In this document: piece after piece, positions 24,500-38,597 of the stretch
Layout: each line of letters opens with the position of its first letter
Numbering within the stretch: the stretch's first letter is position 1
From: Octopus bimaculoides
Taxonomy: Eukaryota
Direction: 5' to 3'
Length of the DNA stretch: 64,000 bases
NCBI RefSeq assembly: GCF_001194135.2
Contig: NC_068996.1
Coordinates: 34,865,645 to 34,929,644, forward strand
Position numbers and translations under genes: made by a program
The notes under the pieces: model-generated
Database searches by the model: none
What the model saw: the letters and a program-made list of their open reading frames with translations, nothing else
Told to the model about the DNA's origin: nothing

Positions 24500-27400
24500 G
24501 GAACATTGTCACCTGAGTGGTGTGAAGGTATCTTCTGCCAGAAGTAGAGAATCACCAATAAATGGTGGATACAGCAACACACTGTTACAGTGCGTCCTCA
24601 CATACTGCTGCTGCTACTACTACTACTACTACTACTACTACAAAACATTCCACATCTTGTTAATTTTGATCTCCAAGTCTTTGTACTTGGTCAACTTCTC
24701 TAGGTTTCTTGGAAGTTTTTTTTTTCTTTTTTCTTGAAATTATTGCTATATATCTCCTATCCTTAATAAGAATGTCAGGCTTGTGGGTTTTTATTTCTCT
24801 CTCAGTGTGGCGGATGGGGAAATCCAAAAGATAGTGGCATCCTTGTTGTCAGTGACTATGTTTGGCTAATGTTCATACCACTTCTCAGTGGACTTGGTTT
24901 TATACCTCATACTTTCCAGCATCAGTAAATCACTGCCTTAAGCCTGGAGATGTCTTTGGTCATTGATAGTCCCAGGGATGCAGAAACTATGTGGTTAATG
25001 GTTTCTTCATATTTTCCACAGATCTTGCGCTGTAGATTTGTTTCATCCTTGATGGTGTGATGTTGATAGGATCTGTACAAGATTCTGATCTTGTGCAATG
25101 ATTGTCAGACTTCTGTCTCTATTTCCAGTTTTGCACACTTAAGCTATTTGTGTATGTTCATTCAATCTTTTTGCATGGTTCCAAGGTGAAGTACATATTC
25201 AGTACTCAGCATCAAGTCATATGACCTTAGGCACACAGAGAGTACCTTTCACAGGCTGTTGGCAGTTTCAGTTAGTGCCAAGTTTTGTAAGGTTACAGTG
25301 TTAGGTATCATATTTGATTCTTAGTTGTGTGTTATAAATATGTTGGGAATAGAGCCAAGAGCTCTAAATAATATTAGTACAACTTCAGTTGGTATATTTC
25401 ACATTTATGAAATTACTGGAGTTCTGAAAACTTAGCAATTTTCTCATCTGCTTTCCTAGATATGTCGTTATTGTCCAGGATGGTTACATGTAGCACTTCT
25501 ATATCTCTTTCTCTATCACAATAATGTCAGTCAGTGGTGCTCTATTTAATCATTTTGCCAGAGGAGCTTTCTGTGATAGCCACACGATTTTATGAATCCA
25601 TATATTACACTACAAATATATTCATAAATATATATGTCTTACAGAGTTTGTATCAACATTTAGTTCTAGGTTAGACTCTCAGTTTCCTGTTTCAATCTCC
25701 CTTTCTCAACCAATCTTATTACTGTTTAGTTTTTTGGGTGTTGTATATTATTTTCAAACTGGCTATGCTGGAGCATTCTTTTGTATTTACTTCGGTTTTC
25801 TGCCATGACACTGTCTCTCCTTATAGATATTCTTGTTCTCAGTCATTTTTTAGTTTTAACTATGTTGCTGCATTCTGCAATATTCTGTAAGTAGTTCACT
25901 GTTACTTGCAAAATACTGGTCTAATGATCTATGTTAATTTTCAACACATTTTTTAGTGTTGATTATTCCTTGTTGCATGAGCAAGTCATTGAAAGACACC
26001 AGTGGGTGCAGTGCTTTGTACTCTATCATCAACTTGCCAGTATTTCTATCGATGTCTTCAATCTCTTCCTTAGTCCAATTAAGAGTAGTGGTGCTATAGC
26101 ACATCACTGCCATGGCCCAGCTGCTGATGCTGTGATTAAATTTCTGGAATCTATTGTGTTTTGCGATAAAATTTTCATTCTTGTTAAATATGTATCTCTC
26201 ATAATTGTCTTCATTATTCTGTCTAGAATTTGATCTAATTTTGAGATACCCAAATATTTAAAACAGTTGCATTCAAAACCACTAATTCTCTCTTCTGAGA
26301 TGGTAGCTGAATATCATTGCATGTCACATTCTTACCTGCTTTTCTGATTAACTACTACACATTTTGAGATGCCAAACTCCACTCTAAAATCCTGGCACAT
26401 ATAGCACACACCATGTTACTAAGTCTCTCTCTGGTATCGCATACTACCATCTTTATCTTTTTTCCAGTTCCTCCCACCCACCTTTAATTAATACACAGTA
26501 ACAATGTATCTTCTCTATAGAAAGATACCTGTGCTTGTCCTTTATCATAATTTAACCTTTCGGCACCTGGTATAAAGCTGCCTACCCCTCTCTCAAATAT
26601 GTTCCCACTCAGCTAAAGGAGCTTTTATATTTTCTTTTCCTACATTGGAAGTTATTTGGCAACCTCACTAGCAGCTTGAAAAAACACCTAGTACACTATG
26701 TAAAGTGGCTGGTATTAGGAAGGGCATCCAGCCATAGAAACCATGCCAAAACTAACATGAACCCAATGCAGTCCTCCAATTTGTTGGATCCTGTCAAACT
26801 GTCCAGCCCATGCCAGCATGGAAAACGGATGTTAACTGATGATGATGACCAATTTAGACTTCTAACTTAGAAAACAGGTTTATGTCATTCATAAATAAAA
26901 TGTTAATTTCTGGATCTTCCTTTCCAAGTTCATTTTCCAGTTTTATGTAATATTATTGATGATGGTATTAATAATAAGGCAAAAAGTAAAGAAGAAAAGG
27001 AATTTCTTTGGAAAATGCAGTTTAATGGTTCCCAGACTTTCCTTCGCAACCTATAGGTTCGTCTTCCAATGTGGCATGCTAGATGCTGTGATATTGATAA
27101 CATTTTCAGCAGTGACAAACATTAACAAACTCTTGAAAAACCATGGGTAGGCTTCTTTAAAAATGGCCCATATACTTAGGCCAGTACATCCCTTGCAACT
27201 ATGCAACATGTATTAAATTCAAAGTGATCTTTTATCACATACAGCCCTTTCCAGCACCCTCTTTTGCTCCACAAGTAGCAGATCATTTAGTAACAAGTGT
27301 TTCTCTGTAAATATTCTTGCTCAGAGTATCCACTGTAGACTTAAACTTAAACCTGCATGGTAGTTCTCTACCACTGTTCTTTTGATCTCATCTTTCATAT

Positions 27401-28100
27401 TGAGAGTTGTTCTGTCCTCAGCCATTCATGTGGATACTTTTAGATAGTAATCATTAAAACTCAGTGCTATTTTTACATGTAAGTGAGAGCTCTTCTACCA
27501 GAACACTTGAATCAGATCCAGGTGCCTTCCAAAACATCTTTTGTTGTTTTGGAATTGCTTTTTCCAATTTCATCTCAACTTCTTTAATCCATGCAGCTCC
27601 ACTTCTGTACTTGTCCAGAACTTCCCAAATATCAGTCTGGAACCTGGTAACTTCAAGGTTTAGCAGGGATACGCCCCAATTTTCTCCAAATAATTTTATG
27701 CACACTTATATTTGCTTTGAGACCAACAGGCAGTTTTCTTCAAATTACTTTTCTTTGGCAACAGTTTCCCTGCAATACAGCTCTTAATCCTCTTTCCCTA
27801 GCAATACAGCTCTTAATCTTCTTTGCATTAACATTAATACGCACCTTTATTTTCATCTTGAATCCTATAGTTTTTAATCCAAACAGCCTGTCTAGTCTCC
27901 TTTTATCTCCTGTCTTATTCTTCAATTGCCTTTGAAACCAAACATTTATTCTACACAAGTCTGTTGGTATCACCATTCAACCTTCTTTTCTCAGTTCAGC
28001 CAGTTTCATCATCTTTTCTTCGCCACATTTCATTTCTAGCCTCTCTTCAAATCTGTATGCCAACTGCCCATATCAGTCTTTGAATATCTGATATATTGAA
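24500..28100 (-). mobile_element. Decayed R4/Dong-type (RLE) non-LTR retrotransposon, interrupted by an RTE-tail repeat at about 26665-26850
   Basis: Minus-strand EKLTKYKDLEIKINKMW near 24650-24700 (PD-(D/E)xK endonuclease region). R4-like pre-RT segments at 27450-28000. (cta)n run at 24612-24640. Confidence 0.6.
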
Positions 28101-29371
28101 TACAGCAATGTACTTCAATGCTATTTTGACCATAGCAGTTTCACTCCCCAACATTCTTTTTTAAACATAGCAAACATTGAAAAGTTCAAAATTTTCCTTA
28201 AGTTTTTTTCCATAATCCTTGACATCATTTCTTCCATTTCATTTCTCATTTCTTTGCCAATAATAAATCTTCTATCAACATCACCATCACCATTATCATC
28301 AATGCTATCTTTATCATCAACACCACTGTCACTGTCGTCATCACCATCATTGTTCACTAGATGTTCACTCCTGTTCAAAAATCATTCAGGATTTTTTTGC
28401 TTTCATTTCTACTGACTGTCAAATATTTTGCTAGCTATGGTTCCTGCTACATGGTAATCAACTTCCACACCAGAAAACCAATTACTTTTCCTTAACTTGT
28501 GGACCTAACCCACCAGTTTATTCTTGGAATTGTTGATCATACTGAACTCTTGCCAAAACCAGTGGGTTCTGGTTCCTGTTCCACTATGACCATTAACCAG
28601 TGGCATTTAAGTTCCGTTTTATTGTCTAGTTTGCTCCACTTATATCTTTCACCAGTTTTGTTTTAAGTTATAGTTTTTCTGTGACTTCAAATCTTAAGAC
28701 TTTTTGCACATTTATTGTTAGTGATATTGATACCCCTATGTCAGAAGCTGCACCCATTATATCTTTGGGGTTGAAAGTGAGTGCCTCAGACACCATTACA
28801 TGTTCCAAATCGGGCACTTCAGATCCCATATTATAGCGTTACATTTATTTTAATTTATTTTAGTGATTAAACATCATTCACATTGAGAGTGAGTTTATTT
28901 ATGTATTGAGAGGGAGAATTTCACTTCTTGGTGTTTTATACATATAATATATATTTCCTTGACATTATTGAGAAAAAAATTTGGGCTCATTGACCTGAAT
29001 ATGCAGCAATGGGGTGTGGGAAAGCACTTTCTTTTGTTACTTGTTGTTGTTGTTATTGTTGTAACATTGGCACAATGCCAAACATTTGTAAAAAAAATAT
29101 GTAATATATTGTCCTTAATGTATAATTTTTTTTTTTTTTGAAAGAGTGAGAGAAGGTGATTCATTTTGGTTATTTTGTGTATTTTGATTGACCCCGTTAT
29201 TCCCATCTTTTGGCAAATATTAATTACAACTCAGTTACGTTAATTACAACACAATAGAACTGCCCAAAAGTTGGCATCTTCAGTTCGTGCTAAATGTTCT
29301 ACAGATCAATTACAGAAAACATCAGGTCAATAGATTTTTATCATATCATAATCATTCTTTTATTTAATAAT

Positions 29372-29730
29372 AGGCACAGGAGTGGCTGTGTGGTAAGTAG
29401 CTTGCTTACCAACCACATGGTTCTGGATTCAGTCCCACTGCGTGGCACCTTGGGCAAGTGTCTTCTACTATAGCCTCGGGCTGACCAAAGCCTTGTGAGT
29501 GGATCTGGTAGATGGAAACTGAAAGAAGCCCATCATATATATGTGTTTGTCCCCCCAACATCGCTTGACAACCGATGCTGGTGTGTTTACGTCCCTGTAA
29601 CTTAGTGGTTCAGCAAAAGAGGCCAATAGAATAAGTACTAGGCTTACAAAAAATAAGTCCTGGGGTCGATTTTCTCGACTAAAGGCAGTGCTCCTGCATG
29701 GCTGCAGTCGAATGACTGAAACAATAAAAG
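29372..29730 (+). mobile_element. tRNA-derived SINE family A, full length
   Basis: Head ggagtggctgtgtggtaag...ggattcagtcccactgcgtggcaccttgggcaagtgtcttctactatagcc. Multiple homologous copies in the window. Confidence 0.85.
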
Positions 29731-30329
29731 AATGTGCTGATATAAGTAGTGAAGTTCTTAAATTTTGTGCACAGAAACACATAACAGACTTCTTTTGGCT
29801 TCTGTCTTCTAAATCCATTTACAAGGCTTTGGTCATCCTAGGATTATAGCAGAAGATGTTTGTTCAAATGCTATGCAGTTGGACTGAATCCAAAACCATG
29901 TGGGTAGGAAGTGAACTTCATAGTCATGCCTGCATACACATTTGGTGATGTCACCTGTGTTGAGACTATATAAAAAACACCCAACACGCAATGGTTGACA
30001 TTAGGAAGGTCACCCAGTTGTAGAAATCATGTCAAAGCTGACACTAGAACGCGGCACACTCCTCTGACTTGCTAGCTCATGTCAAATGCCCAACCCATGC
30101 GGCATGGAAAACAGACATCAAATGATGTTGATGATGAAGATGATGATGACAATGATGATGATGTATTAACAGTGCGATGTTCTTGTTTTAAAATTTTCCT
30201 CTACAGATTTTCTATAGAATTCAGTGCTGGCTCTGAATTTTATAGGAATCTATTGAGGTAAACTTTAAAATATATATATAAATTCGTGTGTGTGTGTGTG
30301 TGTGTGTGCAATTCTTTTATGATCATCAT

Positions 30330-32072
30330 CTAAAGGCTTTGGCCATGCTGGGGCAATGCCAGTGTTATCACCTTTTCAATGGCTTTTCTTAATGTGGTTG
30401 ACTTACGGTGAATCCAGAGTTTAGTATCACTGCCCTCTTTTAAGTTTCTTGCTGTGATGTAGGATCATCTAGGATCTTGGACAGCAGAAAGCCGAGTTGA
30501 TTCTTGAAAACATCTACCCCCACTCTGTGCAGATCTCTCATTTTGGGGGGCAAGATAATAAATAGCTGTTGGCCTTTGGATAACAAGCTATTGCAATACC
30601 TGATCCTTACTCCAGATGAAAGGAGTAGGACCTTTGGAATAGTACAGTGGCATCCTGTTCAGGGACTGATATAAGTCTCAATGCAAAAGTTTAGTGTCAG
30701 TCCCTCTTTGATCTTCCTCATATGTATCATCACTGCTTATCTCTCCCTTCAGTGAGTAGAATAGTAATTCTTTCAGTCACTCCCAATTGCTTGGTTGCTT
30801 TGTTGATTCATTCCTCTTGGTGTTGCACCATTGAAGTTCTGCTATTAAATTGACAGAGTGGGCTGACCATAATTGAGAGCAGTAGTCCAGACAGTTGAGG
30901 ACAATATCCTCCATAGGACCAGCATAGTTGCCCTTTGTCCCCAAAGTTCTTAGAATTCATCTGGTCATTCACCAGCACAATGCCACTTTCTTGGGGATAT
31001 ACATATATATATATATATGAAACAAATTTTTGCTTATATCAAGCCCCACATCATGCACTGTGTTTAATTCTTGGATTGCCTTCCCTTTTGGTCCAAAGTA
31101 TCTATGGTGTTGCATATTAGCACAAGTTGGCTGTTAGTTAAGGGCTTTGAATTTTCCTGCATTAAATCGTATGTTGTTTTCTTCAGCCCTTTTATATAAG
31201 GAATCTAGTTCTTTCTGCAGAAGATTAGTTTTGAGAAGGTTCTTGACTGCTTGTGCTACTTTTGTATTGTTGGTATAGCTAGTTAGAGTAGCTGTCTATG
31301 TAACCAATGGCATGACTGAGAGAACCACTAGAAACAACAGTTGCCCTAAGACAGCTCCCCAAAACACTTCAATAACTATTAATCTTTTCTAGTAGTTGGC
31401 TCCATTGGCTGCTACATCATGGCTTCTATCTTTTAAGAAGTCATATAAGCACTCACCCAGTTTTCCAACTATACTGAGTTCTTACTGTTTGTGGCATATT
31501 CCAAAATCAACCCTATCAACGGTCTTTGCAAAATTGAGATATATCACATCCACATTTGAGTAATTCATAAGTGTTTCAGCATCATGCAGTCATAATATTG
31601 CAGGAGCTTTGTAAGGTAGCTTCTTCCTGAGCAAAAGCCTTGCCAAGTGTTAGGGAGCAAGTCATTGTCTTCGAAGAACACGATTAGCTTCCTCCTCACA
31701 ATGCGTTTTATGGACTTTGCTGACATGTGAGGTTAGAGAGACAGGCCTATCATTTGTAGCATCTGCTCTGCTTTCTTCTTAATGGATAGGGCATATTATG
31801 CCTTCCTTTAACTTTCTGGAAAGTATACCACTTACAAGAAAACTTTGGAAGAGGATTTGCATTGATGTTGCTAAAGTCCATTTGCATTTTTTTTTTTTGG
31901 GAAGATTGCTGGGAATCCATCAGGGCCAGTGGCTGAGTGTAAGCCCATTTCGTCAATGGTTGATACTGCATTAGTTTCCTTTTTTTTGATGTAATCACTA
32001 ATTGCTTTCCCTTCATGTAAAGCGGTGGTGTCAAAGAACTCATCTGGCATATTTATTTGCAAGTATCCCAAC
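30330..32072 (-). mobile_element. Decayed CR1-clade LINE RT region, cut by an assembly gap
   Basis: Minus-strand IDEMGLHSATGPDGFPAIF, YRPVSLTSH.SKV, and remnants of QHGF, DVIY.xF and PQG motifs. Confidence 0.75.
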
Positions 32073-32144
32073 NNNNNNNNNNNNNNNNNNNNNNNNNNNN
32101 NNNNNNNNNNNNNNNNNNNNNNNNNNNNNNNNNNNATATATATA

Positions 32145-32340
32145 TATATATCATCGTTTAACGTCCATCATCATCATCATCATCATCATCATCGTTTAAC
32201 GTCCGCTTTCCATGCTAGCATGGGTTGGACGATTTGACTGAGGACTGGTGAAACCGGATGGCAACACCAGGCTCCAATCTAATTTGGCAGAGTTTCTACA
32301 GCTGGATGCCCTTCCTAACGCCAACCACTCAGAGAGTATG
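32145..32340 (-). mobile_element. RTE 3'-tail repeat (short RTE end or RTE-mobilised SINE) with (GAT)n tail
   Basis: (cat)n-ttaacgtccgctttccatgctagcatgggttggacg...gctggatgcccttcctaacgccaacc. Same as the RTE 3' end at 9352-9540. Other copies at about 895-1150, 2475-2697, 3690-4165, 15985-16200, 26665-26850, 29935-30165, 43045-43240, 46760-46900, 54490-54640 and 55540-55800. Confidence 0.8.
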
Positions 32341-32390
32341 TATGTATGTATATATATATGTGTGTGTATATGTACGCATATGTATGTGTA

Positions 32391-32440
<50 letters not shown>

Positions 32441-32708
32441 TATACACATACACACACACATACATATATGTATGTATGTGTATGTTTATATATGTATATA
32501 TGTGTTTATATATATATGTATATATGTGTGTGTATGTATGTATATGTGTCTATGCATGTATATATATATGTGTATATATATATATATATATATAAATATT
32601 TATTTGTGCATGTGTGTGGTGTAAAATTCCACTGTAAGTAACATATAATAAAATATAAATACTGAATGGTACAGGCTGTGATATTTTGTCTCAAGAGAAA
32701 CTGAAGTG

Positions 32709-32927
32709 GCTTTGCTCAAAACATCGATGAATCACCTTATACAGTGTTTCAATTCAGTTTAGTCTCCTCAATGACAAATACACCAACATGTTTTGAACTA
32801 AGCTGACAAATGCTTTTTCCAGTATAGAATTTAGTAAACTAGCACATGTCAGCTTAGTTTAGAACAGGCTATCCATTACCAAGGTGGAAACACTTGTCAG
32901 GCAATCCACTGGTGTTTTGAGCAAAAC
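32709..32927. repeat. Degenerate foldback (old MITE-like palindrome)
   Basis: Outer pair gctttgctcaaaaca / tgttttgagcaaaac and inner pair tgttttgaactaagctgaca / tgtcagcttagtttagaaca. Confidence 0.65.
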
Positions 32928-34486
32928 GCTGTGTTTTTAATACACAAATCGCTTTCAGAAGTTTCACTGAGACACAATGTTACAGCTAGTGATGTTCTAC
33001 ATTCATAGGTACCCGATAAATATTTTACACACCATTATTTTAATCTGGGCTGTTTCAAGAACATTTATTAATGTGTGTGTGCATACACATGTATGCATGT
33101 ATACATATAGATAGGCAGACAGACATATACACATATTTATGTACATAGATGTGTATATGTATATCTATATATTTGTTTGTGTAAGTATATACACACATGC
33201 ACACACACAAACACAAACATACAGAGATAGATATGTATTTATTTATATGTATTTGTGTATGTGAGTTAAAGTATAGTTATCTTTGACTGACTTCCACTTT
33301 CCATACTGGTATGTGTCAGGCAATGGTTGTGTTCCAAGACAATTCTCATTTGGTGTTACTTCCTTCCTAAATTACTCAAAAGACTACGCTTCATGGCTGG
33401 ATGCCCTTCCTAATACCAGCCACTTTACAGAGTGTACTGGGTGCTTTTTACTTTGGCACCATCACTAGAGAGGACGTCTTGTCCTCAACAAGACCAAAGA
33501 ATCCTCTCAACCCCATATTGTTTCTGTTCATTGGCTGGCCACTTTATTGACTGTACATTCAGAAGAAAGGTACTTCCCTATATAGTGGACAGATGGATTA
33601 TTTGCTGGTAATGGTGTACGATCTCATTACATAATAAGTGTCTACATATTTTTGATATTTCAGACCAAATGTTTAGTGTTGAGCAGGATTTCAAGGATGA
33701 GGTTTTTATGTAAAACTTTCACAGCTTTTATTTGATGTTATAAATGAAAATGTTTTCTTTTGAGGGCAGATGCAGTTAGGTAATTTAGTCATATTTCTCT
33801 TTTAGATGCATCTAAAATAAAATATGATTGTTGTATCCTTATATAAAATTCTTTTCAGTCATACATTTGCACAGTTTATACCTAGGTTTGGTGGATGTTA
33901 TCTAATCTTCATAATTGATGGCTTCTGCACTATTAGACATCTTAGTGAGCACATAGTATTTTTTCATGAGTAATTGAAAATTTTATATTCTTGATTTTTA
34001 TCATTCCATTCCATTTGAAGATTCATGAATATGCCCTAAAATTTTGCTCAGATTAAACAGTTCTGTAAGCTTCAATAAAAATTTTACCTTTTTGAGAAAG
34101 ACTCAGTCTGGATCAAGAAATTACCTATGTATAAGGTAGCAGATTATCTTAATGTGTTTATATGTATAGACACACTCACATGTATATGTGTAGAATTTCC
34201 TTTGGTTAATGTTGACCATGCACCTACATATCATGTGCAGACCAGGGAAAGACCCTTTGAGTAAGACTAGTAGCTACCCATGCATACAAGCTTACACCTC
34301 CCTGTGTGTTTCTGATGCTTATCAAATGGAAAAGCCACCAACTTGGCCCAGTACAGTTTCCACCAGTGTTGTCATAGGCGTTGTATCAAAACAGAAAGAG
34401 CCAGAATAGATACTAACAAGGCATCTCACCCAGACCTCTTGAGCTGTATGTTTTCATTAATTCTGAAAGGATGAAAGTCAATTCTT

Positions 34487-34727
34487 TACAGCTGTTTCCA
34501 ATGAATTTTTAATTGATCAATGGAGACCTCATTAGAAAAGGCCCTTTTCATCAGGTGAATAGACGAAGCACAACATTCAAAGTCCAGCAAGGGTCATAGA
34601 ATCATGAAGAAGCACATCCTGTTGGATTTTGAATGTTTTGGTTCATGTATTCACCTGATGAACACAGATTTTTCTGACGATGTAATGTCTCCATTAATCA
34701 ATTAAAAATCCATTGGAAACAGCCGTA
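34487..34727. mobile_element. MITE-like foldback element, about 100-bp imperfect arms and about 30-nt loop
   Basis: tacagctgtttccaatgaatttttaattgatcaatggagac... is mirrored by ...gtctccattaatcaattaaaaatccattggaaacagccgta. The inner ttcatcaggtgaata / tattcacctgatgaa pair also matches. Confidence 0.7.
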
Positions 34728-35027
34728 GTTATTTATTCATTTATTGTTCACTTCTCTCAGAACCTGCTCCTTGCATAGATCCGAAGTATATTATGGACCA
34801 TACATTTAATGCAATGTGCATTTCTTGATTAGCCTCAGGGCTCATGATGTACTCAGTTGGGTACAGATAATCATATACATAACCTGAATATCTTTCTGCC
34901 TGTACTTCGGTACCTGCGTATGTATTATTCTATTTTTGTTGCGTATACATTTTACCATTTAAGTGCCTGATTCACTTGAATAATATGTAAATATATAGAT
35001 GTATACATGTATCATCATTTATATATG

Positions 35028-35062
<35 letters not shown>

Positions 35063-36344
35063 NNNNNNNNNNNNNNNNNNNNNNNNNNNNNNNNNNNNNN
35101 NNNNNNNNNNNNNNNNNNNNNNNNNNNNNNNNNNNNNNNNNNNNNNNNNNNNNNNNNNNNNNNNNNNNNNNNNNNNNNNNNNNNNNNNNNNNNNNNNNNN
35201 NNNNNNNNNNNNNNNNNNNNNNNNNNNNNNNNNNNNNNNNNNNNNNNNNNNNNNNNNNNNNNNNNNNNNNNNNNNNNNNNNNNNNNNNNNNNNNNNNNNN
35301 NNNNNNNNNNNNNNNNNNNNNNNNNNNNNNNNNNNNNNNNNNNNNNNNNNNNNNNNNNNNNNNNNNNNNNNNNNNNNNNNNNNNNNNNNNNNNNNNNNNN
35401 NNNNNNNNNNNNNNNNNNNNNNNNNNNNNNNNNNNNNNNNNNNNNNNNNNNNNNNNNNNNNNNNNNNNNNNNNNNNNNNNNNNNNNNNNNNNNNNNNNNN
35501 NNNNNNNNNNNNNNNNNNNNNNNNNNNNNNNNNNNNNNNNNNNNNNNNNNNNNNNNNNNNNNNNNNNNNNNNNNNNNNNNNNNNNNNNNNNNNNNNNNNN
35601 NNNNNNNNNNNNNNNNNNNNNNNNNNNNNNNNTATATATATATATATATATATTATCTGCAATCTAATATATTAATATATTAATTAATATATCGATATTA
35701 ATCGATATTAATTAATATATTAATATATGACTAATTATATATATATATGTGTGTGTGTGTGTGTTTGTGTAGACACACATATATATGTATGTGTTTGTAT
35801 ACTATATATATTATGAGAAAATTCAGTTTAGATGAAAATATCTATATAAAAACGAGTACTCACTGACATTATGTCAGTTAAGAATGATTTTAGTAAAATT
35901 ACGACCTAACATAGCAATCTTAATGTACAATGTCAGTATATGGGACAAGGGACATAACTCTGTAAAGATGTGTAGCTATAATCACTTTTTTTGTAGCATG
36001 AAGGAAATGTTCAAAATTAATCTAGAAAGTGTTTTAAAATATTGTTGCAATAAATGTAATGGCCATTGTATTCAGACTGCATATAAACCAGAGTGAATGT
36101 GGTGATGGTGTTTGAATGAAAGTATCTTCTTTGAAGGTCTTAACTATAAAAAGGTTAAAGAAGAGAATTGAGGAGAATTGGTGGGAAAGTGTTTGATGGA
36201 GAAAAAATAGAAGAAAGAGAAGTGGAATATGTGAGAAGATTCCTTTCTTAGGAAATGGGGCAGGGGACATCTAGTTGAAGAAAAATTGCTTCTGTAAGTC
36301 TTGTCTGGAAAAAGTAGACATTAAAATAATGAAGATGATATATA

Positions 36345-36710
36345 CAGGCGTGGCTATGTGGTAATAAGTTTGCTTCCCAACTACATGGTTCCAAGTTCAG
36401 TCCACTTGTATGGCACCTTGGACAAGAGTATTCCACTATTACCTTGGGCCAACCAAAGCCTTGTGAGTGGATTTGGTAGATGGAAACTGAAAGAAGCCTT
36501 TGTATATATTTATGTGTGTGTGTGTGCTTGTCCACCACCCCCATCACTTGACAACCGGTGTTGGTGTGTTTACATCCCTGTAATTTTGTGGTTTGGCAAA
36601 AGAGAATAAGTACCAAGCTTACAAAGAATAAGTCCTGGGGTTGATTTCTTTGATTAAGAGGTGATGTTCTAGCATGGCTGCATTCAAATGACTGAAACAA
36701 GACAGTAAAA
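36345..36710 (+). mobile_element. SINE family A copy
   Basis: Colinear with 29372-29730. Confidence 0.8.
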
Positions 36711-36921
36711 AAATATGTGTGTGTGTGTGTGTGTATAGTAGAATAAGAAATAGAAAGTTCTTGGTACAATATTGTACATTTGAAAAAATGAATAGAAATG
36801 TCTTTTCTGATAATTTTTCCATTTTAATAGATGTTGATAAATTATTGGATCTTTACAAATGGTAAACATCTAATTATTAAAGTGGAAAAATTATCAGAAA
36901 AGCCATTTCTATTCATTTTAT

Positions 36922-36957
<36 letters not shown>

Positions 36958-37112
36958 NNNNNNNNNNNNNNNNNNNNNNNNNNNNNNNNNNNNNNNNNNN
37001 NNNNNNNNNNNNNNNNNNNNNNNNNNNNNNNNNNATTGGATCTTTACAAATGGTAAACATCTAATTATTAAAGTGGAAAAATTATCAGAAAAGCCATTTC
37101 TATTCATTTTAT

Positions 37113-37157
<45 letters not shown>

Positions 37158-37162
<5 letters not shown>

Positions 37163-38077
37163 GCCACCCCATAGATAATGCGTTTTTTTAATACTTCTTT
37201 TATTTTTCAAAATTAAGATAAACAAGTTCTTTTTAATCTAAAATATACTCCTTCATTTTCTCCAATGTTCTTCCATCTATCTGGTAGACTTGCAAGGCCC
37301 CTCTTCCAAAATTCACTTGTCCATGATGAAAAATACCCCTCCAGTACTGTTCTGATCTCGTCTACAGAATTCATATTCTTTCCAACCAAATGATTTTGAA
37401 GACTTCAGAATAAATGATAATCAGATGGGGCAACATCTGGTGAATATGGTGGATGCGGCATCATTTCCCATTCAAACTGCTCCAGCCTTTGGAATGTAAT
37501 CTTTGCTATATGTGGCTGAGCATTATCCTGATGGAAGAATACCTTTCGCCTTGAAACCAAAGATAGTCGTTTTTCTTCTAGCGCTGACTTGAATGACTTG
37601 TTGAATGACCAAATCCAAGCTTCTCTGCTAGTTCCTCAACAGTTATGATGGGATTTTGTTCCACCAGGGTTTGCAGGCGTCCTTGTCAAGCTCTACAGAT
37701 CTTCCAGGATGAGGCTCAACTTCTAGGCCATAGTTTCCGGCTTGGAATTTCTAGAACCACCATTGACATTGGGTTACACTTATTGTCTGATCCCCATATA
37801 CTGCATTAATATTCCTCACATTTTCCATTGTATTGTTGCCTTTATTGAACTCATAAAGCAAAATATAATGAATATGTTCCTTTGTCACTTCCATTATATC
37901 TTTGAAGAAATAACTGTTGAACTTGAACTGAACTCTTCAAAACTTGCACTAAGAATAAAGACAAAGTAAAATCACTACCTACTTTTATAGTAAGTTGATG
38001 CAGGTAGTTTATCCCCCCCCCCCTTTGACTTTTAGTTCATGCAATTGAAAAAACTGCATTTATGGGATGATCCAGTA
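37158..38077 (-). mobile_element. Internally deleted mariner element
   Basis: Minus-strand QFEWEMMPHPPYSPDVAPSDYHLF (YSPDLAP motif) at about 37400-37480 and FFHQDNAQPH. Degenerate TA-bounded termini tattggccaccccata / tatgggatgatccagta. Confidence 0.8.
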
Positions 38078-38131
38078 TGTGTGTGTGTGCATATGTATGT
38101 ATGTTTATATGTATGTGTGTGTGTGTGTGTG

Positions 38132-38205
<74 letters not shown>

Positions 38206-38209
38206 TATA

Positions 38210-38597
38210 GGTGCAGGCATGGCTGTGTGCTAAGAAGCTTGTTTCTCAACTGCATGATTCCAGGTTCAGTCCCACTGTGTGGCACCTTGGGCAAATGTCT
38301 TTTACTATAACCTTGGGCTGACCAAAGCCTTGTGAGTCAGAAACTGAAAGAAGTCTGTCATGTATATATATCTATATATGTATGTATGTATCTATGAGTG
38401 TATATATCTGTGTGTCTGTGTTTGTCACCCCACTTGACAACCAATGTTGTTGTCTTTATGACCCTGTAACTTAGCTGTTCAGTAAGAGACTGATAGAATA
38501 AGTACCAGGCTTACAAAGAATAAGTCCTGGAGTCGAACAAATTGATCCTAGGATTTATTAAGCCACAGTCAAATGACTGAAACCAGTGAAAGATAAA
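38210..38597 (+). mobile_element. SINE family A copy
   Basis: Colinear with 29372-29730. Confidence 0.8.

Noticed and set aside
36842-37157. Exact ~115-bp direct repeat on both sides of an N gap
   Set aside because: Identical sequence ending in (TA)n at both contig edges is most likely an assembly overlap artefact.
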